This document shows, piece after piece, positions 10,129-22,526 of a stretch of DNA of 29,016 nt. The stretch's first letter is position 1. Each line of letters starts with the position of its first letter. Under the pieces are notes generated by a model. The model was not told the origin of the DNA and ran no database searches. It was given only the letters and a program-made list of their open reading frames with translations. The DNA is from an uncultured Nitrososphaerales archaeon (GTDB lineage Archaea > Thermoproteota > Nitrososphaeria > Nitrososphaerales > Nitrososphaeraceae). The position numbers were made by a program, and so were the translations under genes. The stretch is from the NCBI GenBank assembly GCA_963709405.1, contig CAVPXM010000076.1:1-29016 (forward strand), in the 5' to 3' direction.

Positions 10129-10688
10129 TGGAAATAACAAAAATTTCCTACTTCAAAGACGGTCAACAAAAATAGAGGATTTGATCAACTAACAAACAGA
10201 TCCTATTCCAATTCTTTTTGCAGTATTTTCTAGACTTTTTATAGCCTAGACTCTCATTTCACTTCATAATTTTTATCGATATGTTGTTATTGTATATCTC
10301 CTATATCCTATTCCTTATCCTGTTTGTTTGTTTCTTACCTCTGAAATAATTTGTTGTACTATGCCTTATATCCCATTAAAAGAAGCATCTCAAACCACTT
10401 CCAATAGCAAGCTACACCTACAATGTTTCCATGGTATGTTTATAGGACAATTGGCTCGTTCAGCATTAATGACTAACGTTAGTTTGTCAGTAGGCATCCG
10501 CCATAAATTCCGATAGAAAAATTGGGAATGAGAATTCCATATCATGTTAATGATAGCCTCGGTATATAGTTCAAAAAGGGGCATGTGGGATTGCCGCCGT
10601 TTGAAAAGGAATTCTCAGATTTCCTATAACTCTGTAGATATATTTATAGGAATACGAATTGATTCTAATTATGGCATTAATATCTAAA

Positions 10689-10772
10689 GCTATAGATGAA
10701 ACACTGGTTCAGATAGATGGCAAGGATTGTTGGTTATGGATTGCGTATGAACCAGATATAGATTTGTGTTTG
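10689..10772 (+). mobile_element. IS6-family transposase internal fragment
   Basis: Reads AIDETLVQIDGKDCWLWIAYEP, the first catalytic Asp region of IS6 transposases. Confidence 0.7.
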
Positions 10773-10944
10773 GTAGGACATTCATCAATCTAGACAAGTT
10801 CCCACATATTCCTGAGGAGATAATTCCTCGTATTACGATTGAAATGTTTGATTCTGAAGTACTATCCCACCATATCGATTCTGATAGAAGTTTGTGTGCC
10901 TGAGTCCTATTTACACAGTCCCATTTTCTAGTGTAGTAAAATGT

Positions 10945-11869
10945 ATAGTTAGGCTATGGTTTAGACTGGATTCTAACAATGCATTACATGAATTCCTAGA
11001 ATTGGATTATCCTTACAATAAGAAGATAATGAAAAGATGTGGTCTTACCCAAATACCAGACAGGCGAACATTTGACAGACGACTTAAGACCATATCCACA
11101 GACATCAAAAAAAGGATTACTATCATGACCTGCATGTTTGTATGCGAAAAGATGATAGATCCATACATTGTTGCAATAGATAGTACTTTACTGAAAGCCA
11201 AAGGACATGTTTGGCACAAATCATCTATGAACAAAGGTATAGTACCATGTTCTGGCATAGATACTGACGCAAGATGGGGATTCAGCCATACTAAAGGATG
11301 GATATTTGGTTACAAACTACATATGATATCAAGTACTGGTTCCGTCATAGTCCCATTAGCAGCAGATTTTACAACTGCTAATGTACAAGATAATCAAATG
11401 TACAATCCGATGATATCAACATCATCATCTCTGTCTCCAGAAACATGTTTCATGATAGGCGATTCTGGGTATGACGACCATAAACTATATGACTTGAGTA
11501 CCGAAAAGAGGATTTGAACTGGTATGTCCAGTACAAAGATATGAACATACCCCTACTGACAGACTTGAGCTGATACAATTCTATGAATCTGAGTTAGGAC
11601 AGGCTATTTACTCTTGGAGAAGTAAATCGATAGAACCACTAATAGAACATATTAAATCTGTTTTTAGAATAGACCCATTACCAGTAAGAGGCTACCATAA
11701 GGCTGCTGGAATAGCACTTCTGTCAGTACCTACTATATCAGATCCTTGTCTACTACAATTATAAAACCAGACGTAGTCAACGACCAAAATCAATCAAACA
11801 CATGTTATGTAGTTAATATGTTACCAAATAATATATGAAAAATATAGAATTCAATTATGTCCAAGCCTC
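10945..11869 (+). mobile_element. 5'-truncated DDE (DDE_Tnp_1-type) transposase element, frameshifted; stop at 11816
   Basis: IVRLWFRLDSN, PDRRTFDRRL, VAIDSTLL, WIFGYKLH and IGDSGYD motifs; then in another frame RSKSIEPLIEHIKSVF; probable right end ...TTATGTCCAAGCCTC. Confidence 0.8.
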
Positions 11870-12602
11870 AGTTATCTAAATTCTGTAAAAGTCAAATAAG
11901 ATGCTAATACTAACGAATCAGCTTTGTAGAAACCATATAGAGCTGCTACATTAGTTTGTAGCATAATTTCGAATTCAGTTTTCGAATTACGAATTAGTAT
12001 AGATTGTCAACGAATAATACGAACATATTGTTCATTATGATGTTCGAAATAGTCCTTGAATGACGTTATTTCGGAGTCAAGCTACAAGCTACTGCTACAT
12101 ATCTTTTATCTCGACAAATAGATAATTTCGTAAGCCTTAATTCAAGAAATGTTGGGAGTGCGTCCACAGTATCTTCTTTATCAATTAAATCTTCAATTAT
12201 AGAGCTTCCTTATTAGATTAATTTACTCTTGAATAATTCAAAAGCCACAAGAAAGGAATCTACTCTGTGAGAACGCGTGTTAGGAATGTCTGAACAAGAT
12301 ATTTTGAATAGTTTGGAAAAAAGTGGAGTAGCCCTAGTCTCTAAAGCTTGTGTATATACATTTAGAGTGGAACCCAGAGGAAGTATTATAACAGCTTCTA
12401 AGAGGTTTCTTATTATTCCAGAGGATCTTCGGTTGATATATAAAATAGGAACAGTAATAGGAATAATTGTGCTTAATTAATTGCAAAACATGTTCATATT
12501 GATGTATATGTCCTTCTCATGTTTTGTCCATGGCCATATATTTGCAGACTCCCAAGCTTTGTGGAACGTGTGATCTTTCTATGGATAGAGGAACGCCTTA
12601 AG

Positions 12603-13290
12603 CTAACTTTCTTTTGATTGCTCAGTTGATTGTTGTTGTTGCATTGGCTTACCAGCAGATCTCATCTTTTCATTTCTTTTCTGTGATACACTAGCAAGAT
12701 AACTTTGTATACTCTCTAAACTTTGCTGTCCTTTTTGATATGCTTCCTCTAATTGATCAGGACTTAATTTGTCGAAATCTTTAGGTGTATAATTTCTATA
12801 TTCCTCTTCTTCCTGTTGCTGCCTGTTCCTGGGTAATCACTTCATGAGTATACTGAGGTTGTTCCTCAATAACTCGTACTTGTTGATATCCTTCAATTGG
12901 TCTACTACCACCATTGATCATTCTAGCGTACTTAGCTACAGGATCGACATTGGTATTAGGTACTGGTACTTGTTGAGATTGTGGTTGTATACCGGCGTTG
13001 AAATTTTCTGGTGGCATAGTAGGATTCATCATATGTGGTGGTACTGCACTAGTTGAACCTCCAGATAGTTCATCATATATACCTCCATAATTGGTTGGGT
13101 TTCTCATCCTCATCTGTTCACCGGTAAATGTTGGAGGTTGTTTAGTTGGTGGATTCACGGGTATCGTGTCCACCCCCATAAAATTTTGTGGTCTGAATTG
13201 TTGAGGAGCTGGAGCTGTAGTACTACTTTGTTGCTGTGTAGGATTAGCACTATTAAACATATTACCAAATATACTGCTCATCATATTCAT
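12603..13290 (-). CDS. Q/P/N/M-rich low-complexity hypothetical protein, one frameshift near 12825
   Basis: 164-aa ORF preceded by TAAGGAGG; another frame continues RQQQEEEEYRNYTPKDFDKLSPDQLEEAYQKGQQ...KES* to 12603. Confidence 0.55.
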
Positions 13291-13454
13291 CAGATCATTT
13301 CCTCCTTATCCTCCATCACCGATAGTAAAAAACCGTATCCTTGTTGGAGATGAAGATGATGGTGATATCGCAGGGCTACTATCCTGTGGTACTACTACTG
13401 TTACCCCTGACTGTAAGTTGACAGATTCTGAAATTCTGATAATATCGATCCTTT

Positions 13455-14859
13455 GTGAACTGTCACCGACAAAATTATTATGCCCAAGGGTTGTGTATAG
13501 TCACAGTGACATCTCCCCTTCAGACTCAAAATAAAGAGTTTAGAAAATTTGAATCATTAGACATATGGAAACAACTTAAAGACAGTCGCAGTCGCAATAG
13601 TCTACTGTCATGGTACTTTGCGGTATCGCTAAATCGCATGCCTGCCAAGTACCTAATTTCAAAATCCATGGTGTGTAATATTACAGATCTAAAACTTGCA
13701 AGTGAGGAAGAGCTTTGGGAAGAACATAGAAATCTAATAGAAACATTCTTGGAGACATGGAAAGCAGTAAGGTCAGGAGAGGTCGACATAATATCCGACC
13801 TAGCTTTCCAGAAAACCTCTCTTATGGATTTGAATGTAGAGCTTGTCAACCGGATGCTGGCACATTGCAACTTCTGTCGTTGGAATTGTCAAGTTGATCG
13901 GTCTATTCAGACAGCTGAAGCTGGAGAAACAAAGAAACATGGAACCTGTCAGCTAGAGTCCACTTCTAAAGTAAGCAACTACTTTCATCACCGTGGTGAG
14001 GAACTTGTTTTTAGAGGAAATATGGGATCAGGGACAATATTCTTCACAAGTTGCAATATGAGATGCTCTTTTTGTCAAAACGGAGACATAAGCACAGATA
14101 AGGATAATGGTATTCCCATAACACCCAATCTCTTAGCACTCATAATTTGGCAGACTAAGAATGGAAGGTTGCCATAACACAAACTGGGTTGGAGGTGATC
14201 CAACAATACACCTACATACCATTGTGCAAGCAATAAGCATGCTTGATTCCTTCAAGGTACAAAATATAAACATAAACAAGGAAGATCTTAATAATATCGA
14301 AGCTGTAAAGGCCGAAAATACCATTAGTACCTGGCGTATGAATTCAGAACATGCATTCTACCAAAAACGACTGTTCAATAGTCCGCAACTTTGGAATTCA
14401 AACTTCTTTATGGGCAAAGAAACGATGTGTGTTCTACGTTCGCTCGTGGATGTGTGGATTCCCGACTTCAAGTTTGGTCCCGGCAAATGTGCTCTAGAGT
14501 TGTCTAGAACTCCTTGGTACTGGGATACAGTAACTAATAATCTTAGACTTATTCATAAATGGGGAGAAGATTTTGTCATACGTCATCTGATAATGCCTAA
14601 TCATGTAGAATGTTGTACCAAACCAGTCCTAGATTGGATTGCCAAAAATATGCCAGAAGTTCCAATCAATATCATGGATCAGTATTATCCAGATAATCTA
14701 TGCGATCCCAGCTCGCCAAAATATCGGGAGCGTTACAGCGAAATCGCACGATCTCCCACTGAAGAAGAAATAAAAGGATCGTACAAGTATGCGAAGGATT
14801 TGGGCATCAATTTTGAAACATTATCTTGCGAGAAATCAGTTTTCGGCTTGAGTCCATGA
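13455..14859 (+). pseudogene. PflX-like radical SAM (pyruvate-formate-lyase activating enzyme-related) protein, frameshift near 14158; true start uncertain
   Basis: CNFCRWNCQVDR, HHRGEE, SGTIFFTSCNMRCSFCQN (CX3CX2C), NWVGGDPT, PDFKFG, IRHLIMP and NIMDQYYP motifs. Confidence 0.88.
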
Positions 14860-15183
14860 GAATCTTTCTTCTGTTTGATCGATTGTTGTATATAAGATAG
14901 GCTGCACTCAAGCTCTGGAGAAGAGGATAGGTGTAGATAATAATGAGGAGACATATAATATTGCTAGAGCAAACCTTATTTCGCAATTAAAATAATAGTC
15001 ATGTTTAATGCCTTTACTATCCAATAGTCATTTAATATTACAAATTATTAATATTGAAAAGTGGTCAGATTTAGAGTAGACAAATCAAATTTTTTTCTGA
15101 ATCTGTCCATAGATTACCAAGAATAAATTATGATCACTTTCCAAATAGTATAACTATCTCATTTTTGTTATATAGTAATATAT

Positions 15184-15720
15184 CTATATAATGATCCGCT
15201 CATAAAAGCGCATATTGTCTAACTGAAGATCAGTACGTAACACACACTTCTTTGAAACAGCCGGATCAAATTTACGGTTTAATTCTCTGACATCACCTTT
15301 TAATTCATTAATTGCCATCATAGGTAACGTTATGCTATCTATAGCCTCGACTAGAGGGAGATTTAACGTTAATGATTTCTCTCCCCTGTACACGGCCCTT
15401 CCATGTAGAGCTTTAACATACATTCGGAATACCTGATCGGCAAATTTTAACTGAATATCAGGTAGATATAGTTGAGCTTTTTCATCTATTTCTACATCTT
15501 TGTTAAGATCACATCCCTTAAGCATCCAGTCTGTTATTTGTGGAACCTCCCTTTCATGTATATCATTCATATAATAAATCAGTCTATCTCTAACCTGTCC
15601 AAAGAAAGAAAAAGGAATAGCCTCATCTTCATTAGTCTCAAGTTTGATAGAAGTATCGTTAGTTCCAATTCCTATTTCAACTCGTCCGTTAAGTGAGAAT
15701 GTATAATGAAATAACCTTCG
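15184..15720 (-). pseudogene. C-terminal fragment of a conserved-looking hypothetical protein
   Basis: 128-aa ORF; coding-like sequence extends upstream with a frameshift (YTFSLNGRVEIGIG...FGQVRDRLIYY); no function recognisable. Confidence 0.45.
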
Positions 15721-16612
15721 ATAATCTGTTTTCTATTTCTATATTTATTACTGCAATTTGGAGGTAGCTGACATATTTCCTTTAATCGACGCATTTTGGT
15801 TGCTCTTATGATCCGGCGAACCATTTGCTCCATATCTAATATTCTTTAGACCTGTTGCAATTTTTGATGGCGTACTTTTATGTATAGTTGAGATGATTTT
15901 ATGTGTTATATCCTTCGTGATAGCAGCTTTATGCATTTAAGTTACTGACAAAATCTAACGTATCAAGAATGATATAATCTCTGATTATGCCTATTTAATT
16001 AATTAGTAGGTGAAATTTGAGTTTTGATTCTTGGTCATAATTGAATTCAGGGTTTACCTCTTCTCCTCATATATTCTTGAATATAGGCTTCAAATCTAAG
16101 ATATATCTCAGCAGTCTTTGGATCACATTCAATATCTATAGCGAGCACAACTCTGATGCGCTGGGATCTGTTGTCCCAATTTCCCTTATGTATTGTTACC
16201 ATTTAAAAATGACACTGATATAAGTCAAGTGTCGTAGTGTCTGTCGTCATTCCAAGTTCCAAATCTACTCTCTAGATAACCTGATACTGCAGTTTTCTGT
16301 TCTCTAGTTCACTTTCTCTCTCTAGACTAGATTCACTTATAGAAGAATGCTGGAGACAGGGAAAATATGATCTCTTGGTATCGAAATACTATCCGGAATT
16401 TGCAAATTTCAGACATACTATAGCCAACTACTATAGAACAAGACGGTTCAAACTACACTAGACATAGTCAAATATCTATCGAGGAGTGTGAGTTAGCGAA
16501 TTAATGTTACTGAGTCTAGTAATAACAAGTAAATGAAGAATTAAAAATTCCTAAAAATATCAAATGAATGAACGCTACTTATGATTACAATTTATTTGCT
16601 TGAAATATGTTA

Positions 16613-17212
16613 TTATTCATTGTCATTCGTACTAATCCATTTCTGGATTATTTCATATGCCTTTTCTTTCAATTCTTCTATTGTTAAATTGTTATTAGAT
16701 ATGGATTCATCAGATAAAGCAATCGCTTCGCTGATACCTACTGTCAATTCGCGTTTATCCCGCACAACAAAATCTTCTTCATTTAGAGGTGTGTCTGATC
16801 TTGCCCTTAGTTTAATGTGTTTAAATCTTGTATCTTTCGATGCGTGGATAGCTAATAATTTAACATTACCAATACCCTTTAATACTTCAACTTCATGAAT
16901 ACTACGAATACCGTCAATGATAACAATTTTCCTCATCAAGTTGTTATCTTCACACTCTGTCTTTTTTATGATAAGATGAGATATGGCGCCCGGTCCCATT
17001 TCCTTCCTTAGTTTTAACATTAGATCGCCCAAGTTGGTATCTGTGAGCTCCATATTTTGCATTCTGGCCTCATCCCGTACAACATCGCCCATAGATATTA
17101 CATAAAATCCTCTTTCCTTAAGCGAATCTGCAACTGAGGATTTGCCAGCCCCAGGCATTCCTGTAAGACAGACAAAGAATCTTGTTCCATTTTTTGTGTT
17201 TTTTTTGAACAC
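16613..17212 (-). CDS. UPF0200/COG0237-type P-loop kinase (often annotated dephospho-CoA kinase)
   Basis: LTGMPGAGKS Walker A, SMGDVVR, IDGIRS and RDKREL.VGI motifs; intact 199-aa ORF. Confidence 0.85.
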   Translation of the reverse strand: MFKKNTKNGTRFFVCLTGMPGAGKSSVADSLKERGFYVISMGDVVRDEARMQNMELTDTNLGDLMLKLRKEMGPGAISHLIIKKTECEDNNLMRKIVIIDGIRSIHEVEVLKGIGNVKLLAIHASKDTRFKHIKLRARSDTPLNEEDFVVRDKRELTVGISEAIALSDESISNNNLTIEELKEKAYEIIQKWISTNDNE

Positions 17213-17466
17213 ATTTTATTTATTCCACGTACCGTCATTTAAATAGAGTTGAATAGGATTCTGCGTACATCTCAGGACGTTGCTCTGCATTCATTATAAA
17301 CAGTATGGATGACCATATATTATGACTAATGAACTAAAAATGATGACTTGACTTGTAGTTTTCATATATGAGTTAGGAAAGTTTGCAGATATGTTGAAAT
17401 AATTAATTTTGATTACTATCACAAGTATTGGTTTACAAACAATACTATTCAAGACTATTTATATTA

Positions 17467-18542
17467 TTATTGTATTTGATCGAAATCGATAATTGAAAAA
17501 TACAGATATCGCGTTATTATCTCAGATAAGGTAATGTTATGTTCAGTCTTGTCTGAAAAGATAATATCTCTTGCTCTATGATGAACCTCTGGCAAGTTCT
17601 TTGGAAGTGTATTAACGTTTTTGGAATAATTTTCTACCAAAAAATTCTTTTTTATCATTTATTGGAGATATATCTAGTACATCCCTTAACGGAGTATTGC
17701 TTAATAATCCGTCATCCCACGTGAATACGCCATCTTTTTACTTCTTCCATGGAAAATTATATAAAGGATAAGTGGATGTTGCAAGGATATGTTTTGGAGT
17801 TATCTGTTGCTTATAACTATCAAATGTTAGAGATTCTGCAGTTAAAATGTTCACTGCACTTAAGATCAAACATGTATTTGGATTTTCTTTAGGTCTTAAT
17901 TTATCAAAATCGATGTATTTTTCGAGATTTTGCCAGTGGTGAGTGATCATACATACCAGTCCACTTTATGGGTGTAAAGTAATCTGGATCAGCTAATACG
18001 TTGTTACGCATCCACCTGGGCTTGAACATTTTATCATTTCCAAATATAACTGAGCTATAAAATGCCTTTAGCTGTTTAACCCTACGATTATATTCATTTG
18101 CATTTGTCAAATAGATTTTTTGTTGTGATAATACTCCGAGGTCATCATAATAGCTTTTAGATGGCATAAATTGCTCTATAAGTTGGAATATTGAATCAGA
18201 AGAAAGATGAAGAGTGGTTTTGTCTAAATCTATATAGCTGTCAGCTAATTCCAGCCAGAACTGTTCTAAGAGTTGCTCTGGATGTTTTTCGTCCTTGCTA
18301 CCTACCATAATTGCAGCATTTATTCCACCTATTGAAGTACCTGCAATAATATCAAGATGTATTTTGTTCTTTGTAAGTTCCTTGTAGACCACGCATCCGA
18401 ACGCTCCCAAAGATCCATCACCTTGAAGTATCAATACGTTCTCAATCCTTTTGTTGTTCTCTACTATTGCTAATGATGACAATTCAGCATTACTGCTGTT
18501 GTTATCTTCATACGTTTTTTTGGTACGAATTTTCGTTACCAT
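17467..18542 (-). pseudogene. Patatin-like phospholipase/esterase, several frameshifts
   Basis: LILQGDGSLGAF glycine loop, AGTSIGGIN nucleophile elbow, YDHSPL, WDDGLLSNTP (DGG-like) and RARDIIFSDK spread over three ORFs. Confidence 0.85.
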
Positions 18543-18621
18543 TTTGAATATTTGTTTGTTTGAAGTATTCGCCTATTTTTTTATTGATAGTTTTTATTCA
18601 TTATTTATTCGAATAATATTT

Positions 18622-20078
18622 TCATTCTACATGATGATTATATAGAAGTTGGTCGTAGAGTCGAACTGATTTGATGTTAACAAATTCCAGCATACCAAAT
18701 CTTGACAATTCTCTGCCAAACCCACTATTCTTGACGCCACCGAACGGAACTCTTGGATCAGATACTACCATATTATTTACAGTGACGATCCCTGATTCCA
18801 CCATCGCAGATAGTTTTTCTGCCTTTTCAAGATCTTGTGTCCATATACTTGCACCAAGGCCGAATTTGGAATCATTTGCAATCTTTATAGCTTCCATTTC
18901 ATCATTAGCTGCAATTATTGGTGCAACCGGTCCAAATACTTCTTCTTGTGCTATTTCCATTTTAGGCAAGACATTCTTGAGAATAGTGGGACGATAAAAG
19001 TATCCTTTATTTTTTACTTTCTCTCCACCTGTAAGTAGTTCGGCTCCTTCTTTTATAGACATCTTTACAATTCTATCCATATTCTCAACTGATTTAGCAT
19101 TAACAACTGGTCCCATATCTGTATCATCTAAAAGTGGATCATCAACTCTAAGTTTTTCAGTCTTCTGAACAAACTTCTCAGTAAACTCGTCTGCTACTCT
19201 TTTAACTACAATAAACCTTTTAGATGCTATACAGCTTTGTCCACAATTAATGAATCTACCTTTAACTGCACCAGTTGAAGCTTTTTCAATATCTACATCT
19301 TCACACACTATGAATGGATCACTTCCTCCTAGCTCAAGTACGGTTTTCTTTAGTTGTGATGTTGCTCTTTGTGCAACCTTTGCTCCAATAGGTACGCTGC
19401 CTGTAAAAGTTACAGCACTAATACCATTAGAATCGATAAGTGTCTCTGCAATAGTTGAGTCTCCTATCAATGTTTGAAAAACACCTTCTGGTATCCAGCC
19501 TTACGAAAAGTATTCTCAATCTCAATTCCACATTGCATTGTAGCACTAGCTGGTTTTAATACAATAGTGTTTCCAACCATCAATGATGGAGCTGCAAACC
19601 TTATTCCCTGCCAGTAAGGAAAATTCCACGGCATTATGCTACCTATGACTCCAATAGGCTCAAACGATACGGTACTTTTTCTTGCATCTGTATTGACAAC
19701 TTCGGCGGTTGAAAAAATTTTTCCATTATCCGCATAATATTCTATTACCCATGCACATTTTTCTATTTCTGATCTTGATTCCTTTATTGCTTTTCCCATC
19801 TCCTCTGTAGCTGTTTTGGCGAGTTTCTCTTTATTTTTTCTAAGCTCTTTTGCAAATGCATAAAGAAAATCTGATCTTTTATCAATATTCTTCTTCCATT
19901 CTAAGAATGCGTTTTTTGCTTGTTTTATTGATTCATTTATCTGTTCTTTGCACATTATTTCATATTCTTTGAGAACTTGTTCCGTTGTAGGATTTGTTGT
20001 CTGTAGTTTTGATTTTCTATAATCATGCAGCCCTTTCTTTTTATCATTATTATGAATATTTTCGTTAGCAGATCTCAC
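18622..20078 (-). pseudogene. NAD(P)-dependent aldehyde dehydrogenase (succinate-semialdehyde dehydrogenase/Sad-like), frameshift near 19485
   Basis: IMPWNFP, LKPAS, FTGS, LELGGSDP, GQSCIA, EEVFGP and PFGGVKNSGFGRE motifs. Confidence 0.92.
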
Positions 20079-21146
20079 GGATTTAATACTCCTCTTCCAA
20101 TAATTTTACCCTCTTTTAACTTTGATAATGCTTCTGTGGCTTGATTAAGTTTAAATTTGTCCGATATTACTGGCCTAATTATTTCTCTGTCTGCCAATGA
20201 TATCAATTCAGTCATATCAGCTAAAGTTCCAGTATAGGATCCAATTAACCTATATGCCCTTGTTGGCATCGTTACCAGGTTTAGTCTTAATTCCCCTCCA
20301 AAAAGACCTACGAGTACGACTTTGGCTCGTCTTCTTAGAAATTTCATATCTGTGTCCACGGTTTTTGAAGCATTTACGAAATCAATAACCACATCTGCAC
20401 CCATGTTGTTGGTTAATTCCATTACAGATTTGGTAATGTCAGTCTCTGTCTTGGTATTGATTATATCGTCTGCACCGTTGTCTTTTGCCACTTTAAGCTT
20501 TTTATCATCTAAATCTAAAGCAATAATCCTTGCTCCAGATACAGCCTTTGCCAGCTGCATAGCCATCAGACCTAATCCGCCTGCTCCTACAATAACCACA
20601 TTATCGTAGGGCTTCATACCAGTATTCTTAACCGCGCCATATGCTGTGAGCGCAGAACACGATAAAGTTGCCACTACATCCATGTCGATATGTTCTGGTA
20701 ACTTGACAAGATATCTGTAGCTTGGTATCAAAATATATTCAGCATACCCTCCATCATTATAAATTCCTAATGATCTAGGATTGTCACATAGATTTTCCTC
20801 ACCCAGTCTGCATGCAGGACAAAGTCCTTCGCCTATCCAAGGATATACAAGAACCTTGTCTTTTTTAAGTATTCTTCCTTGTTGTTGTACTTCCTCGCCA
20901 ATACTTTCTACTATGCCAGATATTTCATGCCCGGGTGTTAATGGATAAGTTACTCCTCTATCCGTTGTCTTTAAAAATTGTCCTCCTGGACCTTCGTATC
21001 CACCTTGCCAAAGATGTATGTCGCTATGACAGACACCAGAAGACTGAATCTTAACAAGAACTTGTGACCCTTTGGGGTTTGGTATCTCAATATCTTGTAT
21101 TTCTAACGATTCCTTTGGTTTAACGATCCTTGCCAGCTTTCATCAT
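20075..21146 (-). pseudogene. adh: Zinc-dependent medium-chain alcohol dehydrogenase, single frameshift just after the start (about 21133)
   Basis: The frame of ORF 20075-20731 is open upstream: GVCHSD, GHEISG, CPACRLGEENLC, GAGGLG. ATG ATG AAA GCT is followed by one extra G. Confidence 0.9.
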
Positions 21147-21255
21147 AATTATTGTTTACCATTCCTAAAAGACCATTCTATTACTATCTCTGATAAATGT
21201 TTTCTATTATTTTGGTATTCTTTTTCTGCAGGAGGGAAAACAGAATCACAAATCA

Positions 21256-21860
21256 CTAGCGATTATTCTGTTTAGCTTGTACTTTTATATCCCCTGTAAT
21301 GATGCAGTATTGTCTACGTCGTCTCAGCAGAGTATAACTCGAGTCCTTGACATCTTTTAATATTATTTCAGATTTATCCATTTCAAGTTTGTTGTAAGCC
21401 TTGTATCCGTAGTCATACTCGTAAATGCTAAGCATAGCAGTATCACTTTCAACTTCTCTATTAAGCCGGCCCATGACTTGAACTATACTATCGATAGGTG
21501 CCTTCTCTCTGAAAATTTGAGAAGCTTATGTTTACTCCAGCTTCGACAACTTGTGTTGAAACCAAAATGAATTTCTCCTTTGATTTTTCCTTTTCATCTA
21601 ATTTCCTCAAAATATTAATTCTATCTTGTTTCTTTATTCCTGTAGATTGATACATTGCATCTGGGAAGTCTTTCAAGATCCTATGGAAGATATTTACAGC
21701 TTTTCGTCTAGTGTTAGCCATTACTAAGGTACGGTCTTTTTGAATAGACAAATCAGACCAACGTTTAAAGCTTATTTGTTTTCTGGTTAAGTCAAGATAT
21801 GAATTAATGAAATCTTCTGGGATCCTTGTGGAAGGAATAGGATCTTTCAGCATAATATAA
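21256..21860 (-). pseudogene. cas3: Cas3-type SF2 helicase C-terminal fragment
   Basis: LVMANTRRKA (motif IV), LVSTQVVEAGVNISF (motif V), frameshift, then APIDSIVQVMGRLNRE (motif VI). No HD, Walker A or DEAH part is present. Confidence 0.8.
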
Positions 21861-21999
21861 ACTAGTCCATTATTGTTGTTATGAATATATTCTTTAGGAA
21901 TTTTTCTTCGAAAGATCAGATATACATGAGTGCTAAGAGAAGTAGTGATAGCTTTATTTTCGTCTACAGAAGTAATGAAGTAATAGTAACTAAAAAGAG

Positions 22000-22323
22000 A
22001 TGAAGATAGTGAAGTCAAACCATAGAAACCGATCTCACATTCCACGACCATTAATTTGCATCTACACTAATCAAAACAGAAATGAATTTGCCATTGGCTT
22101 AGAGAAAGATGAGAATTTTATGGCAATCACAAAAGTTGGTGATTCATATACAAGATTTGTAGATGCATATGATCAGATAATAAATGATGAAAACAAAGTT
22201 AATTGGAAACTAGAATTAAAGAGATGGATTGCCGCGCAAAGAAAAATGAATCAATATTTGTTGAGATTGACCTTAGTGGTTGGAATCAAGAAGGAGAAAG
22301 GATTGACTAACCATTGTGCATAA
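22000..22323 (+). CDS. Hypothetical protein or fragment
   Basis: 107-aa ORF with plausible composition; no recognised motif. Confidence 0.3.
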   Translation: MKIVKSNHRNRSHIPRPLICIYTNQNRNEFAIGLEKDENFMAITKVGDSYTRFVDAYDQIINDENKVNWKLELKRWIAAQRKMNQYLLRLTLVVGIKKEKGLTNHCA

Positions 22324-22526
22324 ACATATGTCATAATCTAGATTTCAGCTCTACACTTCCTGACAGCATAAGTATAACCTATCTGTAAGTTATATTGTCA
22401 CCCATGTCTGGAAGTACTATAACTACTCAATGTTTTTGAATATCAGTGCTAGATAGGAGTACCGATTAGTCATGTAAATATAAGATACATTTGAGTATAA
22501 GTACATACTTTCACCAGTATAGCGTT

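Larger units (their letters stand above)
8281..16222. repeat. Left arm of a long inverted duplication (partner 24412-29015)
   Basis: Reverse-complement identity checked by eye at both ends (TATTTTCAAGAGCCACC at 8281; GACACTGATATA at 16211-16222) and through most of the arm. Confidence 0.95.

Noticed and set aside
15748-15936. 62-aa ORF conserved in both arms (also 24697-24885)
   Set aside because: Conservation only reflects the duplication; the opposite strand looks more like a decayed membrane-protein fragment
1601-20609. Numerous antisense or alternate-frame ORFs (e.g. 1601-1819, 2481-2867, 7477-7803, 13526-13870, 16581-16898, 18671-18997, 20322-20609)
   Set aside because: Shadow ORFs opposite well-supported genes, with no motifs of their own
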